From assembly GCA_013239625.1 (NCBI GenBank), contig MU054187.1, forward strand, positions 19,398,711-19,462,710: 64,000 nt of DNA, read 5' to 3'. Position 1 is the first letter of the stretch, and each line of letters starts with the position of its first letter. Shown one piece after another: positions 26,523 through 39,900 of this stretch. The translations under genes were made by a program, and so were the position numbers. Origin of the DNA: Lama guanicoe. Its lineage: Eukaryota. Below the pieces are notes generated by a model, which searched no databases, was not told where the DNA came from, and worked only from the letters and a program-made list of their open reading frames with translations.

Positions 26523-27096
26523 TCGTGAAAAGCTTTCATTAACTTAGAACGTTAATATCCAGCACTTTTCAGAATAAATTAGAGAGAATAAAAGTCTTCT
26601 GAGAAAGCTAGTACCAAACATTAGTTCTTAAAAGAATACACTTCAGGCAAATACAAAAGGAAGACTAGAATTTTCCATAGTTGGTAGGGAAGGCCTGGCT
26701 GTGCAAAACAGTTGGGGTATGAAGCTAACTGCAGCCTTCCCCCCCCCGATTTAACTGCAAGGCTTCAATGATTTAACATGAAGTGCATAGAGCAGTAATA
26801 GGCACAGAGTCAAACCTCAGTAAAATATCACTGTTGATGATGATACTATAAATTTTATTACTCAGACTGGACCAGAACACATATTTTCTTGTAAACACTG
26901 GTTAAAGATCACCACCCATTAATCAGTAAGTAGGAACTAAATATTGATATTATGCCCTACTGTGGATATATTCTTAATAGTTTGCTGTATATAAATACAA
27001 ACAGTGAAATGCATATAGTTCTTATCTCAGTGAGTTCAGGTATTCTCAAAAAATACCGAGCTGCTGCAAGTCTAAAACCGCAAACAAACAAACTTC

Positions 27097-27506
27097 TGTA
27101 TTAGTTTGCTGAGGTCGCTGTAGCAAAGAACCACAAATGAGGGGGTGGGCTTAAACAGAAATGTAGGGTCTCACAGTTCTGAAGGTGGAAGTCTGAGATC
27201 AAGGGGTCGGCATGTTCGTTCCTTCTGAGGGCCATGATGGGAGAATCCCCTCCAGGCCTCTCTCCTTGGATTGTAGACGGCTGTCTTCTCCCCATGTCTT
27301 CACACCATCTTCCCTGTGTGCGTCTGTGTCCGAATTTCCTCCTCTCATCAGGACTACAGTCATTTTCGATTAGTGCCCCCTGAAATGGTGTTATTTTAAC
27401 TTGATTACCTCTGTACAAACCCTAATTCTAAATAAGGTCTGAGATATTGTGGGGGTTAAGACTTCAACATACGACTTTTGGGAGGGACACAGTTCAACCC
27501 ATAACA
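27097..27506 (-). mobile_element. MLT1A/B-type solo LTR
   Basis: tgtattagtttgct...ggacacagttcaacccataaca; TSD acttc/acctc. Confidence 0.92.
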
Positions 27507-29209
27507 ACCTCTTTGAATTTTCCTTGCAATTTTGGGGGATATATTTATAGACTTTGGGGCTTGAATTGAGGATCCCTAGTAAGTAGGCTTAGAGTAGGGG
27601 ACACACACACACACACCCCCGAAAGATGGGCAAAGACTACCCTTCTCACAGACTGCTTTTGTAATAAGGTTATGTTTTTGTTTTTGAGCGGGTGGTGACT
27701 ATTGGAATTGGCATTGTGAGCAATATAAAAAAGTAAAATATCTTGTCCTTGCTTTTGAAGAACTTACAGGGCACCCAAGAAATAAATGTGTTGGGAGGAA
27801 AATAAAACGTTAGGACACAGCTGTCTACTAGTGGAACTGAATTCAGTTTAGCATGTGACCAAATTGAATGAGTGATATTTTGGGTGTAACACAGAGAAAG
27901 TGTTCAATAAACAGTATCTGTTATTATTTTAACACTACTAGCCTGGTATCCTTCCAGAAAGACCTAGTATGATACTGGTACGAGTGGGCTTTAAGAAGAG
28001 AGAAATGGGCTAGTAAAGCATACACATCTGGAGTTGGTTCTTTTGTTTGTAATCTCAAGTAATAAGGACTAAGAGGTCAATCAATTTCACTTTTTAAGTA
28101 AATCACATTATAAAGTTTTCCCTCTTGTTATTCTTATTTTCTTTGGCTCTGACTTTTTATCTCTTTTAACATTGTCATATTAGTATGTACCAGTTTTAAC
28201 TCTTCTCAAATATCTTCTTGAAAAAGATGAGCTATAAGTACAATAAAATGCTCTGAGGGAATTGCCTTGCTTTATTTTATTTGCCGTAAGGAAAATATTT
28301 TTATAAGTCCAGCCAGCTTTCAAAGCTTGAAACTATAAACAAGAAATATGAGCTAAGAAAAGGTCAAATAATGAATAAAACTACATCATGTAATTTGGAT
28401 GGGATGGCTTTTTTTTTTTTTAAATGAGAGTGTGGAATTGTGTCAATTGAGTTGATTGTTGGTTTAATAGGAGAAAAGGTCTCAGGTCCATTGCTGAGTG
28501 CGTTTCATGTAATAAAATAAGAAGCCGAAGTGAATAATAGTGATTTATGGGATTCCTCTTGATCCTGACATTTCATTATTTTTACCCAGAAATAGCATTT
28601 CTAGTGCATGCTTTTAGCAATATGTTTCCTCATCTTGCTCTGAAATAATAGATACATTGCAATAAACGACCTCACTTTACAGTTTTCTAACTTCCATCAA
28701 GAAAATATTTGTACCATAAACAAGGTTCTTGATCTATTTTCAATTGTGTTTCTTTACAAATCTTTCTAAAGGTGTGGAAAGGAATGGTATAAACATGAAA
28801 CCTAACTCTCAAAATGTACTTCTTAAAATTTTACACACAGACACAGACACGCACACAAATCATACACACAAGCCATTTGGCTAAATTGCTATATGCAGTT
28901 TTAAACAAAATAACAAAATTGAAGTAAGGCTTTTTGCATAGAAACTGAGTTTTTGCATAGATTACTTAAGAACGAGAGAGCAAAGCTTCATTTGTTGCAA
29001 GATACTCTTATTAATGTGGTTCTCTTCATTGCCTAGTCAGTTTTTGTTTAATCAAAACCTTGTCATAAGTGATACAAGGCAAAGAATTTTGAGAAGGTTG
29101 GAGAGAGTTTGTTGTGTATGACAAAAATCTGTGGCTTGTATATTAGAATTTGGCAACAAACTCATCATATGATCATGACTCTGACCTGCAGTCCACCACT
29201 TCAGGCTAG

Positions 29210-29400
29210 TGGTGGTAGAGTCAGATTGAACCTGGGCTTAAAACTCTGCCTTGACACTAAGTTGGAAGGAGGTTCTTAATCTTTTTAAGCCTCAGTTGTT
29301 CCATCTGTAAAATGGAGATAATGATACCCATTATATAAGACCTTGTGGTGGATAATAACACAATAATATATGTGATAAATGTTAGATATTACCGCTCATA
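29210..29400 (+). mobile_element. MIR SINE
   Basis: taagcctcagttgttccatctgtaaaatggagataat core. Confidence 0.85.
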
Positions 29401-30115
29401 GCACTTAGTTTCCAAGAATAGTTTAATTGAATGAAATTAGAGTGTTTGAAAATGAGAATAATAAAATATCAGGCTCAGAGGGAGTAGTGGTGACTAGATT
29501 GGCCAACGCCCTCTCCCAGTAAACATCCTTGCCTTGTAGCCTCTGCATGAAGAGTGTTGGTGAAGAGGCAGTCACCATCTGCCAGGGTTGCTGGCTCTCC
29601 ACGGAGCTGTTTTAATTACTACCATATTTGCTATGTCACTCTATGTGTAAAATATTGACACCCTGCCTCGAAACTAACATTGGAAAAGGAGATAACCTTA
29701 TTGCAGCACAAGGCTTGTGGACTTTACACTTGCTGTGGCTATGATTCATATGGCAAGGAAAAACATGGCAACACCAAAACATGGAAGTGAAATATTGCAT
29801 GCCTGGGAGTGCATCCTTTAGAAAACAGATGGTTTTTTATTGAAAACAAAATGATTATGATGTTTGCATGCAAAAATCTTATACTGCCTCATTATAAGAA
29901 TCGGACTAGTTGCTGTAGCTGTCTTGGAGTGCAAGGCTTCAAATCAGCAGAGAGATTTCCTCCTCTTGACTCTGTACAGGACAATGAGATACAGGTAGAC
30001 TGTCACTCTGATGAATATCATTATGATGCCCAGATCTCTGTAATGAGGCTTTGTGCAGGTTCGGACACATGGGCCATGGTTACTGTATTCTGTTGATCTG
30101 GTTTCAATATCTACT

Positions 30116-30177
30116 ATTTAAAATTAGGTTTTTTTGTATTTTGGGGGGTAATATTAATTTTTTAAAATCTATCTATC

Positions 30178-30226
<49 letters not shown>

Positions 30227-30301
30227 AACAGAGGTACTGGGGATTGAACCCAGGACCTCGTGCATGCTAAGCATACACTCTACCACTGAGCTATACTCTC
30301 C
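30116..30301 (-). mobile_element. tRNA-derived SINE containing a (TATC)n microsatellite
   Basis: SINE body 30230-30301; 13-bp TSD ttcaatatctact at 30103-30115 and 30302-30314. Confidence 0.92.
30168..30226. repeat. (ATCT)n tetranucleotide microsatellite
   Basis: About 14 units with one interruption. Confidence 0.95.
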
Positions 30302-30608
30302 TTCAATATCTACTGTTGAACCAAAAATTTAGCATAACTGATGCGATGTTCACCAGGCCCTGCCTTTTAAGAATTTATTTCCATGAACGTTGCTTTGACA
30401 TTTATCATTGCATTGCAACTGGACTTCAACGCAACAGAACGTTTCTTTGAACTTTGACCGACACGAGGGAAGAATGACTACCTTTGGGCTTGGGGAGAGT
30501 ATAGAGATCAGTCAGATGAGCACAGTCATTGGAGAGCAAAGGGAAAATGGAGCAGTTTCTGAGTTAGGTACTTTTAGTTGATAAATGAAAATACAATATC
30601 CTGTAACT

Positions 30609-30808
30609 CAGTGGCTCTCGACTGGGGTAATTTTGTCAAGGGGATTTGGAAATATCTAGAGATATTTCGGATTGACACAACTGGGGAGGGGGTGCTGCTG
30701 GCATCTGGTGGGTAGAAGCCAGGGATGGTGCTAAACAATACACAGGGCAGCCCCTCCTAGCACAGAATTGTCTGGCCCCAAATGGCAACAGTGCTGAGAC
30801 CAAGCCTG
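30609..30808 (+). mobile_element. MER20 hAT-Charlie DNA transposon
   Basis: cagtggctctcgactggggtaattttg...gctgctggcatctggtgggtagaagccagggatggtgctaaaca...gtctggccccaaatg. Confidence 0.9.
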
Positions 30809-31380
30809 TGATTTGAAAGTCTGCATGACATCCCCTTATGTACATTTTATCCATAGACAGATCTTCCTAAGTTAGATTCGTAACATAATAAAGCAAATTT
30901 TATATCCTCTTAGCTACAATCATATGAGATTCTACTCTGATTCTATAATTTCTACTTTCTAAACATTACATGAAAATAAGGTTTTCACAGTGATAAAACC
31001 TATGCAGAACAAAGAATGACTGTAAAGCTCTCTTTTCCTGTATATAGCAGAAGACAAGAAATATGCAGACAGCACATCTGTAAATACCTTCAACCCATGT
31101 ACATTCCTGGGGATTCTGTAGATTGCTCTGGGCAAAAGCAGAAAAAGCCAATCAACATGGGACACAGAGGTTATGGTAATTGAAGTTTTAATATTGGAGC
31201 AGTGGTACAGACAACAGGACTGAGTGCAAAATTAGAGAAATGGCTGGGGGCTGGAGCAAATCAACTTAGCCTAGGGGAATTAAAGCTCATGAGTTAAAAA
31301 CAGGGAACGTAGCTCAGGAGACAGGGCTAAAAAGAAACCAACCCTCTTCAGACCCTAGACCATAGGTACCACAATTCTCA

Positions 31381-31768
31381 TGTCTGGTTAGTTTTTACTG
31401 TGCAACCGTAAGATCTCAGTGCCATTTAACAATAAGTGCTTATTTTTCATGGGTCTGCCTGTTGGCGGGAGTTGGCAGATCTAGGCTCCACTGGATGGCT
31501 CTACTTTGAGCTGCAGGCTTGGTTTGGGTTGGCTCCACTTGCCTTTAGTCTGGGACAAACCGGTTCACAGAGGAGTCTCTTTATGGGAATGGCAGAGGCA
31601 CAGGAAGACAATGGCACAAACACACTTCAAGCTCTTGCTGACATCATATCTGCAAACAGCTCATCGGTCAAAGAAAATTGCGTGGCAAGTCCAAAACAGG
31701 GAAAAGCATTTCTCCTGCGGAGGTGGTGAGGAGATGAATATTTTTAAACAGTAATGTAACCTACTACA
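31381..31768 (-). mobile_element. Old MLT1-family LTR (J/K-like)
   Basis: gatctcagtgccatttaacaataag...ctgcaaacagctcatcggtcaaagaaaattgcgtggcaagtccaaa...acctactaca. Confidence 0.75.
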
Positions 31769-32215
31769 CCATCTACAATTGAGCCCAGATTTCCTGAAGG
31801 AGTATAACTTTTATGCATTTAACTGCAACATCATATTTTTAATTCTCAGAAAGTACAGACCAGGTAATGAGTAATGTAATTGGATTCCCAGGTTCTGAAT
31901 ATTATTTCCCCTTTCCACCACTGATGTGAGAAGCTGAGCTTATCCATTTTTCTGCAGTCTCATCTCTACCATCTGCTAAAGGTAGATAACGTCTGCTGTT
32001 CACATACTACTCTATGTCATCCAAGAAACAAAGGAAAACCTCAAATTTGCCAGGACAGCCTCAGTGGAAGGCAGTAACAAAGCACTCATCATTATTTAAT
32101 TGCTTTCCCTCGATCATTTTTTTCTGCCGCTCCTTTGACATTATTTAGAATGTTTCCAGGATGGAGAAAAAAATTGTCCAGACAAGCATTTGAGGTTTTT
32201 TTCGCATCTCTCTCT

Positions 32216-32882
32216 CCAAGAGATACTACTTTGAATTTGTTTAGCATTTTAGTAAATCCATTAACCTTTCACCTTAGACTTAGAAAATGGGTCTGATGGT
32301 TTAATTCCTTTCCCTGAGGAATCTATAACCACATCATAAGCTGCACTGTGTGAGACATTAATTGTATTTTCAGACCAAATTCGGAGTTAGGATAATGCAA
32401 GTACAGAAAATAAGTACTGGAGAAAGCCAAGGAGATTTGTCATTTTTGGATCTTGCTAATTTTGGCACGGCTGGGTTAATTCTTGTTAATGTAAATGGTG
32501 TGTATTAGCAAAAGGACTAAAACAGCAACTGAACTTAAAAAAAAATTGACCAAGAGATACTACTTTGAATTTGTTTAGCATTTTAGTAAATCCATTAACC
32601 TTTCACCTTAGACTTAGAAAATGGGTCTGATGGTTTAATTCCTTTCCCTGAGGAATCTATAACCACATCATAAGCTGCACTGTGTGAGACATTAATTGTA
32701 TTTTCAGACCAAATTCGGAGTTAGGATAATGGAAGTACAGAAAATAAGTACTGGAGAAAGCCAAGGAGATTTGTCATTTTTGGATCTTGCTAATTTTGGC
32801 ACGGCTGGGTTAATTCTTGTTAATGTAAATGGTGTGTATTAGCAAAAGGACTAAAACAGCAACTGAACTTAAAAAAAAATTG
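32216..32882 (+). repeat. 333-bp tandem duplication (32216-32548 and 32550-32882)
   Basis: By eye the copies differ only at C32398/G32732, with one extra A (32549) between them. Confidence 0.97.
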
Positions 32883-33003
32883 GGGGGGGGATGGTAATTA
32901 GGTTTACTTATCTAGTTATTTTTAGAGGATTGTCTGGGGATTGAACCCCGGATCTTGTGTATGCTAAGCATGCGCTCTACCACTTGAGCTATACCCTCTC
33001 CCC
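32871..33003 (-). mobile_element. tRNA-derived SINE, long-tailed form
   Basis: ggggattgaaccccggatcttgtgtatgctaagcatgcgctctaccacttgagctataccctctccc with a ggtaattaggttt tail; flanks share caactgaa. Confidence 0.92.
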
Positions 33004-34489
33004 AACAACTGAATTTTTAAAAATAGCCACTTGCAGTAAGTTTGTTCTCTTTCCTATATGAGATTGCCACACATATCCTTTATTTAACCTCTGACAAGTC
33101 TTTTAAGTACTCTTGGTTTCTCCAGACGCTGTGATGTTCACAGTCTGGAATTAAGAGGCATATCTCAGAAGGAAGATCTCAGTTTCTGAAAAGACAGGCT
33201 GGTTGTGAAAGTCAGTCTTTGCTTTTCAATGGCTTCCTTTCACTTTCTGAATCAATCCTGAGAAGCAGGAAATACATTAATAGCTTCGGCAGGTTTCCAT
33301 AAGTGAGAAAAAAAAGAGTTAGACCGTGTTTCCTTTACTCTCCACACAGAAGGGATCATTGTTAGGGATGGGCATCGCTGGAGATCAGTAACTACCTTGT
33401 GCCTGACCTGTAATCTACCACCTGGATAGAGTGCCCCACCCGCACACTTCCCATCACACACTGCATTCAAGGACAGTGCCTACCTCGTACCTGGCCTTGC
33501 GTTCTACCTGCTCTCTAGTACCCGGACATCCAGTCCCTCTCAAGGGATCGATCATTGTGAATGTTCACGTCTCATCTGAGATCTCTAGTTCCTTTGCTCT
33601 GCTTCCTAACTGACCTTAAAAAGGTTAATTTTGCAACCAGGTTAATTTCTTCCTTCTTTCTTGCATTTAATCAAAGATTTCGCTCCAGTCCAATTTCCAA
33701 TATTGTTGAGGTACCAGGGAAACTTATCTGGCTAAGACAGTAAAATTTCAGATCAGCAATGACTTCAAGGAGAGGAAAAATATGGATGCAAATTCCAATA
33801 TTTTCTACAGTAGTTATTTTATGAAAACAATATTTTATTAGAAAGCTTAAACAAATCACTGGCTTAGTAAGGGTTTCTTATTTTACGAGATAGGAGAGGG
33901 TGAGTGGGGAATAGTTAATGGCTAATGACAATATGGAGTCAGCTCTGTCAAATCACAGTGGCCTTTCATCAAAATGTATTACTTGGTATTTTTCGTCTAG
34001 TGCATAGCAGACAAGAAAAAGTATGGGAAGAGAGACATTATCTATATCTAAAAAATTCTGAGTTATTGGTTTTCTACTTGAACTGGAGTAATATTTTACC
34101 ATTTCCTAAATAATATTCACCTTTCCCCCTATGTGGTACATGGTACTCTCCTGCTTTTCTAATTCTTTTTGGGTACCTGTGGTTTTATTATATTTCTTAT
34201 TTATAGTGCTGTTCACTTCTGTTGTCCATCCACTTTTCTTGATTTACCTTAAGAGGGTTTATCTTTCCATTCACTTCATTCTGTAAATATTTTGAGCACA
34301 TACTTTAAGTGACTGAGTCTAAATTTTATCTGTTTTTATTGATGTGTTTTGTTTTATATTGTTTTGTTTGATTGTGAATTCTTTTACCTACTTAATAAAA
34401 ATGTTAATTCATATATTTCCTCTTTTTAGAGCAATCATAGCAGTTAATGTTATAGATGTACGTCTAAATCCAGCTCCATCCTACATGTT

Positions 34490-35012
34490 TAGAGATATGA
34501 TTGACACATTGATCACGTGGCCTGTCCTGCGTGTTCCCCTTTTCTGATAGTGTCCCTGCACTGCCTCTAACGAGCAGGAACTTGGGACCCTACAGTCACA
34601 TGGGACTCAACCAGTCCCAACTGTTGAAAAGGGGCGGGCATCTGATCCAACACAACTGATCAGATTTTCCCTTCCTTGAAGATCAGATTTGAAAAAAGTG
34701 ACTTCAGTAGTGTCTGTTAGGCTCCAACTGGGATATAAGAAAAAGTCCAAATTTTTCTTGGACTTTTCGTGGCCAAGTTTAACTCATGATCAACTTGGAA
34801 TGAAAAAAGCGAGGCTGCAGGTAAGGCTGTGCACAAAGAGAGGAAGACTTTGCAAGAGACTGCTGAGCCAGACAGAATGACAGAGAAAGGGGTCACCTTG
34901 ATTCTTGCAAGATTCCCCGTTCCCTCTGTAGTTGGGCTTCCCGTCCAACCTCTAGTTTCCATTTGATTTAAGCTACCAGTTTGTTTTCTTGTAACAAAAT
35001 GATTTCTAACAC
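34490..35012 (+). mobile_element. ERVL-type LTR relic (LTR16/LTR33-like)
   Basis: gggcatctgatccaa...atcagattttccctt and terminus ttgtaacaaaatgatttctaacaca; subfamily uncertain. Confidence 0.55.
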
Positions 35013-35296
35013 AGTAGTTCTTTCATTTTATTTTAAAATTCCTTTGTCATATTTTAGACATTGTTTTAAACTTAGGTTTTTTTTTCTTTTTTAATTTAAA
35101 ATAGTGAGTTTAGTTCATATGTTAGCTTGTGAGAAAACTAGCCAGTCGGTTCATCTAACTGCATCACAGTTTACCTGGTAACAGAAACTTGAATTTTCAG
35201 TAAAGTTCCTGGGCTTCAGTGCTCCTTTTAATAACACTCACGATTATTTTGAAGGGAAGTAAGCTGTTTGAAATGGAAAGAGCATTCGTTTCTTCC

Positions 35297-35795
35297 TGCT
35301 GTTAGTTTCCTATTGCTGCTGTAGCAAATTCACGTGACCCTGGTGGCTCGAAACAACACAAGTTTATCTGTTACGTTTCTGGAGGTCAGAAATCTGAAAT
35401 GAGTTTGATGGACTAAAGTCAAGGTGTTGGCAGGGCTTCATTCCTGCTGGAGGCTCTAGGGGAGTTACTTCCTCCCCTTTTCCAGCTTCTCAAGGCCACC
35501 TGTATTCCTTGGCTGTGACCCCTTCCTCCATTTTCAAGGCACATCACTCTGAGCTTTGCTTCCATAATCACATCTCTTTTCTGCGTCTGACCCATCTGTT
35601 CTTCTCTTATAAAGACCCGTGTGATTACATTGGATCCACCCAGATAAACCAGGATAATCTCTCCATCTCATAATCCTTAACTAAATCACATCTATGAAGT
35701 CTTTATCTTTTCCTCTGACGTTTAAGGTAACATATTCATAGGTTCCGGGAATTATGATGTGGATATCTTTGGGGGCCATTACTCAGCCCATCACA
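35297..35795 (-). mobile_element. MLT1C/D-type solo LTR
   Basis: ttagtttcctattgctgctgtagcaaatt...tttgggggccattactcagcccatcaca. Confidence 0.92.
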
Positions 35796-36969
35796 GAGCA
35801 TTAGATTAGGGGCCATTTATGTATTCACATGTCAATTCTATACCTGATTGATCTTAAGCGAGTTATTTAAATTCTCCATGCTTCAGTTTCTACATCAGTA
35901 AAGCAAAGAACTTATATGAACCCCTTTTTAAAAACTCCCTTGGTAGACCAAAATTCTTTTTCTAGGTTACCACAAATAACACATAAAATAAAAGAAAATT
36001 GTCAGCATAATTTCAGATGTGGTTACTTTTTCTTAAGAATATTTTACTAATTTTAACTACTAGGTCTCTGAATTTCAGGCAAGCATTTATATGTTCCTTT
36101 TCATTTGACAAGAACAGCATTCTGCTTCCAGTATATATAATTATTTTGTCCTTTCTTAATGACATTGCTTTTGTTCTTATTCAATACTTCCTTTTCTTTC
36201 CAATGCTTCTCTTTAGTCTCCCCCACTCATATTACTCCACTTCCTAATTCTCTTGCTTAAAAAAATTTTTGTAAAACCACCTAATATATGGTGGCTTCTA
36301 AAAGACCTTATTTTAAATAAATACCCCATTTTTTACTTACTTTTCCAAACATAAAGAAGTAAAACATGAGTCTTCCAAATTGTCACTAGCCATTACCCAT
36401 TCCTTCCTCGCCCGTGTCACCAAGAGGGAATGAGCCAGATAGATTTTTCTTAATTTTCATTTTTTAAGTAATTTAAAAAGCAGTGGGTTAAAGCATGGAT
36501 AGCAGTTATAAAAATATAATGTGAAGGAGATAACATAATAGGTTATTATTAACAATTAATAGATTTTTTTCATAGTGAGTCTATTAGATTAGCCAGTCTA
36601 CTATCCAGTTCTGAGGGAAAGGGGAGCCAAAGCAGGTACATTTCAAGGGAGGCAAGTTGTGAAATATTCAGACAAGCACAGTCTGGGAAAGGATGTCATG
36701 GTGGAAAACTCTAAGAAAGAGCCTTGGGAGCGGAAGAGGGCCTGACTACCAACGGGCCGGCTAAGCTTTCCTAGTAAGTCTCCTTCATGGCCCCATCTTG
36801 CTTACAGTTGTCAGGACCATATGTGGTCCTATGTTCATCTTCATGCTTTCCCAGGGAATATCTGTGAGGAAGGGCAGTCATAGAAATCTCTTATTTTCCT
36901 ACTTTAAACTTCAAGTGTGAACTAAGTAATCACTAAGACCCCCTCCAGCTCTGAAATTCAACAAATTAT

Positions 36970-39900
36970 TGAGTTCTGGTCCAAGATGGTGATGTAGGAG
37001 ACTCCTGGACTCACTTCCTCCATGGATATAGCCAGTCTACGGCCACACATGGAGCAATTGCCTCTGGAAGAAGCTCAGAAACTAGCTGAGTGACCCCCAC
37101 ACATCAGGTTAATGAGAAAACACCCATATTGAAATGCATAGGAAAGGCTCAGACATAATCTCACCATATCCCCACCAGCAGCACAATTGGGGTGGGGAGG
37201 GTGGGGGAGAGGGGAAGGGGAACTAACAACTCCCAGCTTCTCTCTGAGGAGCAAAGAATTTGGACCTAATATTTAGTGCCCCACCTGAAGAACAGAGCTC
37301 CAGAGCACCCAGCTCTGAGAGCCTGTGGGGCTTGTGTCCATGAGGCTCACAAGAGTGTAGCAAAAAAAGAAGCAATTCTTTCTTTTTTTTTTTTAAGAAA
37401 AAAATTTGATTGAAGTACAATCAGTTACAATGTGTAATTTCTGGTGCACAGCACAATGTCCCAGTCATGCATATATATACATATATTTGTTTTCATATTC
37501 TTTTTTATTAAAGGTTATTACAAGATATTGAATATAGTTCTCTGTACTATACAGAAGAATAAGGGATAAGTTTGAGAGTTTGAGATTTGCAATGTTAGCC
37601 ACTATATATAAAAATAGACTGAAAAAAAAAGAAGCAGTTCTTAACAGGCTCATGAGGACTCACTGTGGCTATCTCCCCAGGGCTCAGTGCAGATGGAGCA
37701 GATAGAAACATCCATTTCCCAGTCTTTCCTGAAATGGGTCTATTTGAATATTTAAAAGCTTCAGCCTGAGAATCTGCTTTCCAATTAACCTGCTTTTAGG
37801 TGCTGTCTGAGATCTTTCCCTTGGAGCACTGACAGGTCTTGGCACCCCTTGAACTACTGGGGGCCACTAAGAACAAAGAAGACAGCTTGAGCAATCACAG
37901 AGGTTTGAGAGACAACTAAGAGCTTGGGCCAGGCCAGGCCAGGCTGAATGATAAGATTTGTCTTCTGCATGAGACTATTCTATCAAGACTAGAAGAGGTG
38001 CTATTTTATCTAATGGACAGAAGCCAACACGAAGAGGAAAGGAAAATGAAGAAACAGAGGAGTATATTTCAAACAAAAGAACAGGATAAAATTTCAGAAA
38101 TAAATCTTAACAATATGAAAATAAAAGTTCAAAGTAATGATTGCAAAAGGAATGAACAAAGTGAAAATTTCAATGAAGGGAGGGAAAATAGAGAAAGCAC
38201 CAAAAAGAAATCACATGGTTAAAGAATACAATAGCTGAACTAAAAAATTCAATGGAGGTGTTCAACAACAGACTAGATCAAGTAGAGGAAAGAATCAGTG
38301 AACTGAAAGATAGGCAGTGGACTTAATCTAGTCAGAGGTGCAAAAATAAAAACAGAATGAAAAAGAGTGAAGATAGCTTAAGAGAATTATGGGATACCAC
38401 CAAGTGAGCCAATATACATGTTGCAGGGCTTCCAGAAGGACAAGAGAGACAGAAAGGGGCAGGAAGCTTGTTCAAAAAATAATAGCTAAAAACTTTCCTA
38501 CTCCAGGGAAATACAGTTACAAGATCCAAGATCCAACGGCAAGAAGAAAATTAGGCAACTCACAAATATATGGAAATTAAACAACATGTTCCTGACAGCC
38601 AATGGGTCAAGGAAGAAATCAAAGAGAAATGAGAAGATATCCTGAGACAAATGAAAATGGAAACACAACATGCCAAAATTTATAGGGTGAAGCAAGAGTA
38701 GTTCTAAAAGGGAAGTGCATAGTGATAAATGCCCACATTAAGACACAAGAAAAATCTCAAATAAACAACCTAGCTCTATACCTCAAGATACTAGAAAAAG
38801 AAAAAAAAGAAAAAAAACCCCAAAACCAAAACTAAGCCCAAGAGTAGCAGAAGGAAGCAAAAAACAAAGATCAGAGAGTAAATAAATGGCACAGAGACTA
38901 AAAAGATAATAGAAAAGATTAGTGAAGCTAAGAGCTGGTTTTTTTTTAAGATAAATGAAATAGATAAAACTTTAGCTAGAATTACTAAGAAAAAAAGAGG
39001 AAGGACCTAAATAAATAAAATTAGAAATGGAGTCGGAGACTTTAAAACTGATACCACACAAATGCAAATGATCATAAAAGACTCCTATGAAGATGTGCAC
39101 ACCAATAAATTAGACAACCTAGAAGAAATGGATAAACTCCTAAAACACACAGCCTGTCAGTACTGAACCATGAAAAAATAGAAAATCTGAACAGACCAAT
39201 TACTAGTAAAAACACTGAATCAGTAATCAAAAACCTCCCAATAGAAAAAGAGGCCAAGACTGAATAGTTCCACAGGTCAATTTTACTGAACATTTAAAGA
39301 AGAATTAACCAATCCTTTTCAACACTTAAAAAAAAATTAAAGAGGAAGGAACACTTCTAAACTCATTTTCCATTACCCTGATACCAAAACCAGACAGGGA
39401 CATTACAAGAAAACAAAATTAAAGGCCACTATCCCTGATGATAGCACCTCACATCTTGTATAGAATGGCTGTTGTCAAAAAGATAAGTGATAACAAGACT
39501 TAGCAAGGGATGTGGAGAAAAGAGATCCTTTGTGCGCTGTTGATGGGACTGTGTAGCTACTATGGAAAACAGCATGATGGTTTCGCAAAAATTAAAAATA
39601 GAGCTACCATATGATCCAATAGCTCCACTTCTGGGATATCTAAAGGAAATAGAAATGAAATATTGAAGAGATAGTTGTGTTCCCATATTTATTGCAGCAT
39701 TATTTATAATAGGCAAGATGTGGAAACCACTTAAGTGTCCATAGATATAAGAATAAATAAAGAAGATGTGGTATATATACACAATGGAATACTATTCAGC
39801 CTTTAAAAAGAAGAAAATCCTGCTATTTGTGACAACTTGGATGAGCCTTGAGGGCATTATGCTAAGCCAGATAGAGAAAGACAAATACGGTATCACTTAC

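Noticed and set aside
32216..32882. Direct repeats as an LTR pair or CRISPR-like array
   Set aside because: The copies abut with no internal region, no TG...CA termini and no spacers.
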